A DNA stretch of 64,000 nt from positions 11,282 to 75,281 of the forward strand of contig JBHLLU010000018.1 in assembly GCA_048938895.1 (NCBI GenBank), read 5' to 3'. Below are positions 41,531-51,264 of this stretch, in pieces. Below the pieces are notes generated by a model. That model saw only the letters and a program-made list of their open reading frames with translations, ran no database searches and was not told the origin of the DNA. The stretch's first letter is position 1. The number at the start of each line of letters is the position of its first letter. The stretch comes from Promethearchaeota archaeon (GTDB lineage: Archaea > Asgardarchaeota > Lokiarchaeia > Sigyniarchaeales > SOKP01). A program made the translations under genes and the position numbers.

Positions 41531-42283
41531 ATGAAAAAATTCCCTAAAATTAACCTCCATATTCATTCCGATTTCTCTGATGGAAAAAATAGCATAATGC
41601 AAATAGTCCAAAGTGCATTAAAATCAGATTTAGAATATATTGCGGTAACAGATCATTTCACTGATTCTTGGAAAGAATGGGTGTCAAGTTTAAAGAACGA
41701 AGAAAAAGTTTCAGAATATTTAAGAGAATTATTTCAAGCCCAAAATTTCTTAAAATTTAAAAAGAAGAAATTAATGCTTCTTAAAGGTCTTGAAATAGAT
41801 CTTTCAAGCTCTGAAAATTTTATAAGAAAGATTCACCCTTCCAGATTTGATCTAATCTTATTTGAGTACCTTGAAAATGTTGAAACCTTAGCTTTTTTAA
41901 AGAATATTCTTACTTTTTGGAAGAAAAAATCAAGTAATATGGTGAATTTTCCAATTTTAGGATTAGCACATTTCGATCCATCCTTTTTTATCTACGACAA
42001 CTTAGACATATTAATTTACTTTCTTAAGGATAATAATATATATTTTGAATTCAACCCAAGGTACCCCAATTATTATTCACGTAGAAATTTAAGATTCTTC
42101 GAAGAAATAAAAGATGCTAATATCCCTGTTGGAATAGGATGTGACTCTCATAAGAATATTAATTTAGATCATATACAGGAACCGCTAGAGATGATTTCTT
42201 ATTATAATTTAGAAAATAACTTTCAGATACTTTTAGATATTTTGAGAAATAAATTTAATGTTTTTGCTGAGAATAGTAGCTAA
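41531..42283 (+). CDS. PHP-domain protein
   Basis: NLHIHSDFSDG, TDH, GLE, AH and GCDSH motifs; ATG follows AAGGAG. Confidence 0.92.
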   Translation: MKKFPKINLHIHSDFSDGKNSIMQIVQSALKSDLEYIAVTDHFTDSWKEWVSSLKNEEKVSEYLRELFQAQNFLKFKKKKLMLLKGLEIDLSSSENFIRKIHPSRFDLILFEYLENVETLAFLKNILTFWKKKSSNMVNFPILGLAHFDPSFFIYDNLDILIYFLKDNNIYFEFNPRYPNYYSRRNLRFFEEIKDANIPVGIGCDSHKNINLDHIQEPLEMISYYNLENNFQILLDILRNKFNVFAENSS

Positions 42284-42659
42284 GAAAGAACCTAAACGCT
42301 CTTTCAAATGAAATATCAATCAGATTTTCATCTTTATCTTTAGGATTTGATACAATATCCTTTATAAATCCTTTACCGATACTAAATATTTCTTTTATCG
42401 CATTTAATCTTTTACTGATTGGCATAACTGCTATTTTTTCTATACTATTATTATATAAAGATTCCCATTCTCTCAAAGCTTTCAAAGCGATACCTTTCAT
42501 TGCTAACTCAGGAATATCTATAAACTCACAGATAATTTTGGATAATCCCCGAATTAGTTTTGAATAAGTACCTGAAAATAGATCCCTCTTATAATCTTGC
42601 TCAATACTCTTAAGTGCAATTTGATCAAATTTTACTGCTTGAGAGATTATAATCCCCAA
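42255..42659 (-). CDS. Hypothetical protein
   Basis: 134-aa ORF with TTG start after AGGAG; overlaps the convergent PHP gene end by 29 nt. Confidence 0.65.
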   Translation of the reverse strand: MGIIISQAVKFDQIALKSIEQDYKRDLFSGTYSKLIRGLSKIICEFIDIPELAMKGIALKALREWESLYNNSIEKIAVMPISKRLNAIKEIFSIGKGFIKDIVSNPKDKDENLIDISFERAFRFFLSYYSQQKH

Positions 42660-42807
42660 CTCCTAATTATCTAAATATATAATCTGTGACTACAGAGATA
42701 TAAATCTGCTGATTTTTTATTTATATCAATATATTTAAACCACTTTCTTTTCATAGTTCAAATAGCTTTGAAGCATTTCAAAAATCTTTTTAAATCCTTT
42801 TTATTTA

Positions 42808-43575
42808 ATGTTTTTTATGAGTTTAGAAGAAAAAATTGATCTAGCATCAAAATGGATCATAGAGTCAGAACGGTTAGTTGTCTTTACTGGGGCAGGGTGC
42901 TCAACTGGAAGCGGTATCCCCGATTTTCGTGGTCCAGATGGATTATGGACTAGAAGAGATAAAGGATTACCCCCTCCAAAACCAAAAGTTCCTTGGGATC
43001 TGGCGGAACCTAATGCTAATCATTTTTCAATAGTAGAGTTATTGGAAATGGGAAAATTAGATTATCTTATCTCCCAAAATATTGATGGGTTTCATGCTAA
43101 ATCGGGTATTCCCTTTGAGATTATGAGTGAACTTCATGGTAATCGGTTTTTCATGAAATGCCTTTCATGTAATAAGAAAATGTTATTTGAAGAAGCGGGA
43201 TGGGATAAAGATGTTTGGGGTCGTGGAATGAGGAAGGATCCTGTCCGAGAAGGGCAACCAAAATGTCCGCATTGTGAAGGAAGGTTAATTAACAGTATTG
43301 TAGACTTTGGCGATCCTTTACCCTACGATGAGCTTCAAGAAGCTATTGTACGTTCTCAAAACTCTGATGTGTTTTTTGTAGTAGGATCATCGTTAGTAGT
43401 TAACCCCGCAGCCAGTATGCCAGGAATTGCTAAACAAAACGGGGCAAGACTGATTATCATTAATAAGGGTGATACGCCTTATGATATGGTTGCAGACATC
43501 AAATTTGATGAAAAAATCGAAGATGTTCTTCCAGGGATAATGGAACGAGTAAGAAGTGCTGTAGAAAAAAATTAA
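42808..43575 (+). CDS. cobB: NAD-dependent protein deacylase (sirtuin)
   Basis: TGAGCSTGSGIPDFRG, QNIDGFH, ELHG, Zn CxxC pairs and GSSLVVNPAA. Confidence 0.95.
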   Translation: MFFMSLEEKIDLASKWIIESERLVVFTGAGCSTGSGIPDFRGPDGLWTRRDKGLPPPKPKVPWDLAEPNANHFSIVELLEMGKLDYLISQNIDGFHAKSGIPFEIMSELHGNRFFMKCLSCNKKMLFEEAGWDKDVWGRGMRKDPVREGQPKCPHCEGRLINSIVDFGDPLPYDELQEAIVRSQNSDVFFVVGSSLVVNPAASMPGIAKQNGARLIIINKGDTPYDMVADIKFDEKIEDVLPGIMERVRSAVEKN

Positions 43576-43598
43576 TATTCCTTACTAAAATATTTAAT

Positions 43599-44432
43599 GT
43601 GCTATTTTTGATGAGATCCCTCGAGAAAAATCAAGGCAAAAAGATAAAAAAGTTTATTTATAACAACGGGAGACTTCTTGAAAGAAAACTATTTTCATAT
43701 TTTTTCGAAAATGGAAAAAAGATTGATGTTATCAATGCGTTAGTGGCATATCAGAATAATGATGGAGGTTTTGGGAATGGAATTGAACCAGATATATTAT
43801 GCCCAGATAGCACTGCTATTGGAGCTGAGATCGCTATGTATATTCTTGATCTTCTTGAATGGAAAGACAATGATATTACAGATAAATTAATTAATTGGAT
43901 TATTACCAAACAGAATGAAAAGGGATATATTAATCATCCTCCTAAGAATATGTATAATTATCCCTATCAAGAATGGTGGGGTGGTCCTGATGATATTAGA
44001 ATACTCGCTATATCTGGATATCTTAAAAAATGGGATTTGAATATCCCTGATTTCTTCGGAAAAGTTAAAACTTTTTATTCTAAATGCTCTATTCCCGAAG
44101 AATTTAAACTCTATGATTATCCTTACTTTATATATCTAAAATACTTAGGGAAGGGTAAAGAGGAGAAAGAGACATTTCAAACGCTTATTACCCAAATTCC
44201 CAGTATTCTTGAAAAAAATAAAGAACATTATCTTTTATTTAGTAAACATTGGTATGATTCCCTTGAATTTTTAGATAACGAAGTAATAGAAATTGAAGTA
44301 AATAATTTCTTTAATGGTCTTCAAGACGATGGTGGTCTTAAAATAGTTTACCAGAACTTACCTTGGTGGAGACCTATATGGACTTTAGACGGGTTAATAT
44401 TATTAAAGAAGTCAGGTATGATTGAATTTTAA
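43599..44432 (+). CDS. Hypothetical alpha/alpha-toroid protein (prenyltransferase-repeat-like)
   Basis: GRLLERKLF..YQNNDGGFGNGIEPD and LQDDGG motifs. Confidence 0.75.
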   Translation: MLFLMRSLEKNQGKKIKKFIYNNGRLLERKLFSYFFENGKKIDVINALVAYQNNDGGFGNGIEPDILCPDSTAIGAEIAMYILDLLEWKDNDITDKLINWIITKQNEKGYINHPPKNMYNYPYQEWWGGPDDIRILAISGYLKKWDLNIPDFFGKVKTFYSKCSIPEEFKLYDYPYFIYLKYLGKGKEEKETFQTLITQIPSILEKNKEHYLLFSKHWYDSLEFLDNEVIEIEVNNFFNGLQDDGGLKIVYQNLPWWRPIWTLDGLILLKKSGMIEF

Positions 44433-44591
44433 CTTATAATTAATTTTATTTTAATTTAGCAAATATATCATACCTTTCAATAATAAATACTTTTTATGAA
44501 CCAATTAATCAATGGAATTTTCAGATTTCCTACAAAAATATATAAACAACTATAATAATAATTATTTTAATACTAAGAAATTCAATTTACA

Positions 44592-44705
44592 AAAAAAAAT
44601 GATTAGACTATGACTAAAAGTTTTCAATTTGCATGAAGAAAATGATTAGATCATGACTTAACATTTCCATTTAACATAAAAAAAATGATTAGAACATGAT
44701 TAAAA
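44592..44705 (+). repeat. 43-bp imperfect tandem repeat (about 2.6 copies) overlapping the next gene's start
   Basis: ATGATTAGA at 44599, 44642 and 44685, each preceded by an A-run and followed by nnATGA(C/T)T. Confidence 0.85.
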
Positions 44706-47326
44706 ACAAACTTTTGATTAGTATATTGACATTTTTGTTAATAGGCAGTATTATTATCCAAATTGTATCACTTCCAACAAATAATTATATGCAAACTAAG
44801 ATTAAAGAGAAAGATGACATTCCGATAAATGAAATTGAACCAATAGACCTTGGGATTCTCCAACGAAATTATAAAGCTGACGGATCAATTATGGAGGTAG
44901 AAGAAGGTATTAATCAAGCAGATTCAACAACCCCCGGTGTTGAATTGGGAGATCATCCATTAGGGATAGATCAAATTCGATTTATTCCTAATAATGAATT
45001 AGCATTTGTTTGTCCAGGATTACCAGATTTTGTTAATCTAAATGATGTAAAGATCAAGCTACTTGAAAATGGAATTGCTTCACCCCCTTATCAGAATATG
45101 TTGGATATACCTTGTAGTTATGAAGCCACAGGAGGACAAGTTGTGGATGCAACAAGTGGAGATGTTGATGGTGATATGAAAGATGAACTTGTAATAATTG
45201 ATGAATACGGAAGAGTCCGGATTTATAAATACAATTCGACTTTAAAGAAGTTTAACATTACTCAATATGATCTAGATATAAGTGAAGAACATTATTTTTA
45301 TAGTCTTTCTCTGAATCAATTTAATACAGATCTAGGTTTAGAAATAGTAATTGGATGTGGTTATGGAGAAAAAATCCAAATCTGGGATCCAGTGAATGCT
45401 GTAGGCAATTATTATAGCCCAGGTGTACAAACAACTATAAATGGAGAATACGGTGGTATTGCTGAATTCCATATTACTGAAAATACAAACCTTATGGATT
45501 TAGAAACTGGAGATTTTAATGGAAATGGGTTCCCTGATATTGTTACTCTCGCAATGGATGGAGATTTATTAGCATTTGAATTTAACTCAGGAGTTATAAA
45601 CCAATTATGTGGAGTCGAATTGAGTAGTGGTGATTGGCAAGGTTATCCCCATAATTTCCCAATGGGTCTAGCTACCGGAGATTTTAATGGAGATTCTCGG
45701 TTAGATATAGCTGTTATGGTGTGTGATGTTGCAGGTAGTCCTGAGGATATATATCATTGTGAATATTATTACGTTCAAACTGTTTATTGGAAAGGATTTT
45801 CAGCAGGAGGTGAGGACTTTGTGGATTTAGGTGAGATGGATATGGCACTTTACAATGTCTTTTTTCCTTCAATTGGAGCGGGTGATATTGATGGGGATGG
45901 ACTATCTGAAACAGTATTAGTTGGGAAAAGTGGATATGGTATAGAAGGGGAGTCATGGGTCGTGTTGATTTTTGATGATTGGGCTATTCCCCAAACATCT
46001 CCAATAGTAACCTTTTCTGGTGAATCACAATGTCCTTGGGCTGCAAAATCCTTCTCTTTTTCTGATGTAGATTTGGATGGGATTGATGAAATTTGTTTTT
46101 CAAGTGTCGAGAAATATGGAAATATTTACGAGGAAAAATATTTAGAACAATTAGAAGGAAGAAATACATCTGTAGTTAAAATTAATACAGAAACAAATCC
46201 ATGGACTGCTACGGTGTTATTTTCAAGTACAGATATAATCGGATATCCCGTTCCAGGAGATTATGATGGGGATGCGGTTGTAATAGAATATTCTGGTCAA
46301 CATTTCCCTCGAATAACACCTCAAATCCCTATTTTTGTTTTGGCAGCACCACCTAATTATTTTGATCTAAATGGTGACGGTAGTGGTACTGCTGTATCAA
46401 AAGAAGAAACCACTTCAATGGATGTGACCGAAAGATTTAGTGTTATGGCGGGAATGAGAGTTTCTTTTGAAACCGGATTTGAATTATTTGGCACAGGGTT
46501 AAAATTTAAAACTAGTTTAGAGGTCAATTATCAATTTTCTCAAACTCAAACTACTACACAAACTGAAACGATAGGTGTACGATATTCATCTGGTCATATG
46601 GAAAATCAGATCATTTGTAATGCAATTGATTATGAATCTTATTTATATGTGGTAACAAAGCATCCAAAGTCAGAAATGATAGGAAAAAATATGTCAATAG
46701 ATGTACCTATAAAAGCATCTATCTATAGTATTACAGAGTCTTTATATAATAGTGGTAATTCTACAAATTATATTGGTTCTGAAACTTATACACATACACC
46801 AGGAAAACCTGAAACTTATCCTACCCGAGAAGAAGTAAATGCATTAGTAGGTGTTGTGAAGATTATTGACAAAATAGAAGTACCCCAGGGGACTGGTACC
46901 AGCTGTGGAAGTACATTAAAATATACAAGGGAAAATGCGAAATCTGTTGAAAAGGAACGTGCAATGCAACTAATTTTCTCAGCGGGTATGGAAGCAGGAG
47001 GCTTTGGGCTTGATATAAGTGTAGGTTTTGGTCTTTCTAGGGCTAATAAAGTCACTTATGGTGAAAGTATGACATATGAGGGTACAGTTGCATGTATCTC
47101 CGATGCTAATGATTGGATGAACCATAAATATTCATGGGGTCTCTTTATACAAAATATTGAACCAGATGAAGGTTTTTCATATCAATTGGTCCACTATTAT
47201 GTAGAAGATGTTCTTAGTGATGGTACTCCTTCCGAAGCAGTTCCAGGTTACAATCCAATTTTAGTTATTGGAGTATTGATCATTTCACTTATTGTCCTAA
47301 TATATTTTAAAAAACCGAAAAAGTAA
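44696..47326 (+). CDS. Cell-surface FG-GAP/VCBS beta-propeller protein with C-terminal sorting/anchor signal
   Basis: N-terminal signal; about 7 repeats of GD(F/V/I)(N/D)GDG..(D/E)I; C-terminal VPGY plus TM plus KKPKK. Confidence 0.88.
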   Translation: MIKNKLLISILTFLLIGSIIIQIVSLPTNNYMQTKIKEKDDIPINEIEPIDLGILQRNYKADGSIMEVEEGINQADSTTPGVELGDHPLGIDQIRFIPNNELAFVCPGLPDFVNLNDVKIKLLENGIASPPYQNMLDIPCSYEATGGQVVDATSGDVDGDMKDELVIIDEYGRVRIYKYNSTLKKFNITQYDLDISEEHYFYSLSLNQFNTDLGLEIVIGCGYGEKIQIWDPVNAVGNYYSPGVQTTINGEYGGIAEFHITENTNLMDLETGDFNGNGFPDIVTLAMDGDLLAFEFNSGVINQLCGVELSSGDWQGYPHNFPMGLATGDFNGDSRLDIAVMVCDVAGSPEDIYHCEYYYVQTVYWKGFSAGGEDFVDLGEMDMALYNVFFPSIGAGDIDGDGLSETVLVGKSGYGIEGESWVVLIFDDWAIPQTSPIVTFSGESQCPWAAKSFSFSDVDLDGIDEICFSSVEKYGNIYEEKYLEQLEGRNTSVVKINTETNPWTATVLFSSTDIIGYPVPGDYDGDAVVIEYSGQHFPRITPQIPIFVLAAPPNYFDLNGDGSGTAVSKEETTSMDVTERFSVMAGMRVSFETGFELFGTGLKFKTSLEVNYQFSQTQTTTQTETIGVRYSSGHMENQIICNAIDYESYLYVVTKHPKSEMIGKNMSIDVPIKASIYSITESLYNSGNSTNYIGSETYTHTPGKPETYPTREEVNALVGVVKIIDKIEVPQGTGTSCGSTLKYTRENAKSVEKERAMQLIFSAGMEAGGFGLDISVGFGLSRANKVTYGESMTYEGTVACISDANDWMNHKYSWGLFIQNIEPDEGFSYQLVHYYVEDVLSDGTPSEAVPGYNPILVIGVLIISLIVLIYFKKPKK

Positions 47327-47335
47327 AATCTATTA

Positions 47336-47385
47336 ACTTTTAATTCTTTTTTTCTTCTTTTTTTGTTGGATTATTTTTATTTTCC
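47336..47385 (+). terminator. Oligo-T terminator
   Basis: Runs of T immediately after the stop of 44696..47326. Confidence 0.5.
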
Positions 47386-47615
47386 CTTCATAAAGAAGAA
47401 TATTCAAAATAAAATTCACTAAATTATTCCTTATTAAATTTATTGGTAATTTAATTAATAGACACTAAATTTTAAAGAAATTTGGAGGAAAAATTTTAGA
47501 AATAGGATTTTTAATAATAATATATTAGCAAATTCAAATAAAAACTTAGGGTTAATTATGGTAGTCTATTTTGCAATTATTGCAAAAATAAATGGAATAA
47601 TAGATTTTAAATAAA

Positions 47616-49262
47616 TTATGGAGATTTCAATTTAGCAAAAATTTCTTTATTATTATTTAATTCTTTTAATATCTTTCTTGCTTCTTTGTTTGATAATGAA
47701 AGAGAAATATCACTATTACGGCTCAAAGATCCTGTGAATATTTGTTGATTATCAGCATAAATTACAATATTTTGGCTTGCAAATTCTGGGTTAGCTCTGA
47801 TAATTATTTTTTGTTTTTTTACTTCAATATCCAAATCAATCCTATTATCTTTTTTTGTTCTACTTGATGGAATTCCTCTTCCTCTTGATAGATGCTTAGA
47901 ACTAATTGGATTTACAACAACATCATTACCAAAATTATAAATCTCGAACTCCAGTCTGTCATTTTTGAAATCCCTAACCTCAACTACAGGTCTAGCTAAA
48001 TCTTTATCTCTAAAACCATGAGGAACTTTCACTGTCATTCTTAATATTAAAACAGTTGAAATATCTCCTCCTTCAATGAAAATTATCGTATCGATAATAG
48101 AAGGTAACATTCCTAGTTCTATACGCCCAATAAATCTTTGTATTGCATCAATTGCCGAAGAAGAGTGAACAACTCCAACCATACCAACACCAGAAAGGCG
48201 AAAATCTGCATAAATTTCGAAATCTTTAGTTGTTCTAACTTCATCAAAGATGGTAAAATCAGGCCTTACCAACAAAAGTATATCAGCAGAATTTTCAAGA
48301 TTACCCTCCAATTTAGTATATTGAGTAATTTCAGGTCTAACTTGTAAATCTCTTACACTTTCTAATGTTTTAACAACTTTATTTTGTTTTAAATAATAAT
48401 TTGCCAATGCAGCACAAAAAGTGCTTTTACCAGCTCCAGGAGAACCACACACGAGTATTCCTTCCGCCCTTTCCAACCTTCTTTGTAATTTGGCATCGAT
48501 AGAATAATCTGATAATTTTAAATTTACAAGCGGACGAACCGCTGTTATTTCTACCTCATTAGAAAAGGGAGGACGAGTGATAACGATTCTAAATTCTCGT
48601 AACTGAGCAACAACAGCGCCCATTTTCTCGATTTCAATGAATGAATGTTCATCTTCTCTTACATTTTCAATGATTTCAAGTGCAATATCTTCAATGAGTT
48701 TTGGAGAGATTATTTCACTATTTATTTTTTCTAATTGCCAATTACCAGGAGATCCTCTTTTCGCATAAGCAGGCAAATTTTTCTTTAAATGAACACTCAT
48801 TGTTTTGTCATCAAAATACTCTAGTAATTTGAGTGAAAGAGCTTCTTTTGGTCTATGGAATCCACTTTCTTTTACAAAAAATACTTCTAATCCTTCAAAT
48901 ATTCCTACATCTCCTTGGATTCTATCAGCAGTTATAAGTACAGCATCGTTCTTCAAAGTAGTTTCTCTTATCAATGCATCAAGTTCTCCTCCTGGTGCCA
49001 TTTTAATTTCTTCCCTTGTAGGACGATTTCCCACTATTTTTAACTTGATTTTATTTTCTTTATTAAATTCTCTTAATGCTTTTAAAACATTTAAACCAAG
49101 AAATCCAATTTCTCTATGGATATTTGTCCTATATTCAATTTCAGCAATAACTATGTTTGGTATTAATATCTCAGGTTCATCCCCTAACTCACCATTTTCA
49201 ATCAAATCAAGGATAACTCCGTTAAAAATTACAGATGTATCGCATACAAACTTATCTCCCAT
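47616..49262 (-). CDS. PINc/VapC-family ATPase (PINA, MJ1533-like)
   Basis: PIN motif VCDTSV; GSPGAGKST, ESVRDLQ, FDEVR and GVGMVGVVH motifs. Confidence 0.93.
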   Translation of the reverse strand: MGDKFVCDTSVIFNGVILDLIENGELGDEPEILIPNIVIAEIEYRTNIHREIGFLGLNVLKALREFNKENKIKLKIVGNRPTREEIKMAPGGELDALIRETTLKNDAVLITADRIQGDVGIFEGLEVFFVKESGFHRPKEALSLKLLEYFDDKTMSVHLKKNLPAYAKRGSPGNWQLEKINSEIISPKLIEDIALEIIENVREDEHSFIEIEKMGAVVAQLREFRIVITRPPFSNEVEITAVRPLVNLKLSDYSIDAKLQRRLERAEGILVCGSPGAGKSTFCAALANYYLKQNKVVKTLESVRDLQVRPEITQYTKLEGNLENSADILLLVRPDFTIFDEVRTTKDFEIYADFRLSGVGMVGVVHSSSAIDAIQRFIGRIELGMLPSIIDTIIFIEGGDISTVLILRMTVKVPHGFRDKDLARPVVEVRDFKNDRLEFEIYNFGNDVVVNPISSKHLSRGRGIPSSRTKKDNRIDLDIEVKKQKIIIRANPEFASQNIVIYADNQQIFTGSLSRNSDISLSLSNKEARKILKELNNNKEIFAKLKSP

Positions 49263-49864
49263 TATGAATTACTTTCCTCTTTACTTAATAATTGAAATTT
49301 CTTTACACTATAATAGATTGGTTTACTTAATCTATCAACTGTTGCAACAATTAAATCTTTGCGTGAACTTAATGCAACCCTGGAGATCTTATCAAGATCT
49401 CTTAACTCTATAGGATTACCCTCAAATACAGGAAATATTAAGAATTGAGCACTATCCTTCTCAAAATCAGCACCTCTCTTATAGACTCGAAATTCTATCC
49501 CATTCCCATATCCCATTCGAACAATATAACCTCTTTTCCTTAAATCCATATATATTATATATTTATGCCATAAACGGTTATCGAATTTTGTAAAATAGGT
49601 AAGTAATCCTTCGAAATCATAAAGTTGATTATTTTTATTATTTTCCTCCCACAGATTTAATCTATGTCTTTCTATTAAGAGTAATACCTCAATAGCATCA
49701 AGAATTAGTACATTTTGGTTATCACTATCTTGTTCAATTGTTCCAATATAAGAGCTGTTATAGAATTCTTCAAATCCTCTACTATCAGTAATAAAGACCT
49801 TATCTTCTTTAATCATTCCCTCTAACTGAATCTTTTCAGTTTTCTCATTTGATTCTTCATTCAT
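49262..49864 (-). CDS. endA: tRNA-splicing endonuclease subunit (probably structural beta subunit)
   Basis: YIIYMDLRKRGYIVR..EFRVYKRG and SSRKDLIVA motifs; catalytic Tyr/His appear replaced; TAATG overlap with the PINA gene. Confidence 0.88.
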   Translation of the reverse strand: MNEESNEKTEKIQLEGMIKEDKVFITDSRGFEEFYNSSYIGTIEQDSDNQNVLILDAIEVLLLIERHRLNLWEENNKNNQLYDFEGLLTYFTKFDNRLWHKYIIYMDLRKRGYIVRMGYGNGIEFRVYKRGADFEKDSAQFLIFPVFEGNPIELRDLDKISRVALSSRKDLIVATVDRLSKPIYYSVKKFQLLSKEESNS

Positions 49865-50031
49865 GTAGTATTATAAAGGAATTTTTAATAATTAATGAAT
49901 TTATCTCTGTTCTTCAATGTTATAGGAACTAACTAACCAACTATTAAAATCAAAAAGATAAATAGGTAGTAGAAATTTTTTAATCTAGACAACCTGATTA
50001 AACCATTATATACCATTAAACCATTAAATAA

Positions 50032-50610
50032 TTGTTTACCATGAAAGAAATTAGATCAAAATTGTTAGAAAAATTAAAAAATTCAAAGAAAATCGTGTTC
50101 ATGGGTATCGGGGAGGAGAAACTCTCTGATGATGGAGTTGGACCATATATAATTAGCGAACTCCTGTCTTTTTCTAATGAAAAATTTCTATTTATTAATG
50201 CGGGAGTTGATCCTATGACCAGATTAGATGATGTCGTTAAATTTCAAGCTTCTCATCTTGTTATTTTAGATACTTGTACATTGAGCAAACCTCCTGGGAC
50301 TATGGCAATAATCGAGCGTAAAAATATTAAAGAATCTGTACCAATATCTTCACACACAATTCCTATCCATATTGTTATTGATTTATTGGCAGAAAAATTG
50401 CCTAATATTAAAGTTTTTATGATAGGTTTTGTACCGAAAAGTCTTGAGGGATTTACTGATTTAAATTTATATAGAGAAAATGAAATTACACTAGAAGAAA
50501 GGAGTGAAAATGAAGATCTTCCCTTTTTTGAATTTAATCTTACAGAGACTGTAGAAAATTCAGCAAATTCATTAATAGAAATTATTAAAGAAATACTTAC
50601 TCAAATTTGA
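50032..50610 (+). CDS. Hydrogenase maturation protease (HycI-like)
   Basis: MGIGEEKLSDDGVG, ILD and SSHTIP motifs. Confidence 0.88.
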   Translation: MFTMKEIRSKLLEKLKNSKKIVFMGIGEEKLSDDGVGPYIISELLSFSNEKFLFINAGVDPMTRLDDVVKFQASHLVILDTCTLSKPPGTMAIIERKNIKESVPISSHTIPIHIVIDLLAEKLPNIKVFMIGFVPKSLEGFTDLNLYRENEITLEERSENEDLPFFEFNLTETVENSANSLIEIIKEILTQI

Positions 50611-50613
50611 TTG

Positions 50614-50802
50614 CTATTTCTTCTTCTCAGAAAGTTTTGTAACTATATTTGTAATAATTTCTATAACTCTATTGACTTCGAGTATTTCCTCATCATGTAG
50701 TTTTTTTTTTAATTTATCAAGAAATTTAATTACATCATCAGCTTTTCGAATATACCTAAGATAATCCGAACCTTCTTTATTAAGTGAACCTCCCCATGCC
50801 AT
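50614..50802 (-). CDS. Small hypothetical protein
   Basis: 62-aa ORF with ATG start and amphipathic helices. Confidence 0.6.
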   Translation of the reverse strand: MAWGGSLNKEGSDYLRYIRKADDVIKFLDKLKKKLHDEEILEVNRVIEIITNIVTKLSEKKK

Positions 50803-51264
50803 AATTTACTCAAATATTCCTTCATTACTTTTTTAATTCAATACTTCCTAAAGTTGTTAATTGTTGATTAACTTTAACCTCGTCAGTCACTCATCTATTT
50901 AATTAATCTTTCATTTATGGAATATCTAAAAATACTGGAAGAAATTCGAAAATCGTATGACTCAATAATTCATTATTTATTTGAAAACGTTTAATTTAGT
51001 CGAAATTAAATAAAATAGATTTTGAAAACCAAAATTACGTTATTAAAATCACTATAAACGATAAACGATTTATCTCATAATTCTTATTTCTATATTAAAT
51101 TTTAATAAGAAATGTTAAAAATTTTAATAATCTCCTTCCAGATTTAATACTTCTGATAGTGTGTATTTTTGTAAAAGTTTTATAAATGAATTTTTGATAA
51201 AAATAACTAATCGTTTAATTTAATAATTGAAGATTTAATTTATTCGATTCTTAAGTGATGCAAT

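Noticed and set aside
44592-44705. Possible mini-CRISPR array
   Set aside because: The intervening segments resemble each other (tandem duplication), the repeats are degenerate and no cas genes are present
48805-49413. 202-aa plus-strand ORF and the other short antisense or overlapping ORFs in the track
   Set aside because: They are shadows of well-supported genes on the opposite strand or in another frame, with no recognisable motifs
49999-50028. ACCATTA x3 upstream of the hydrogenase protease gene
   Set aside because: Too short and AT-rich to support a regulatory call
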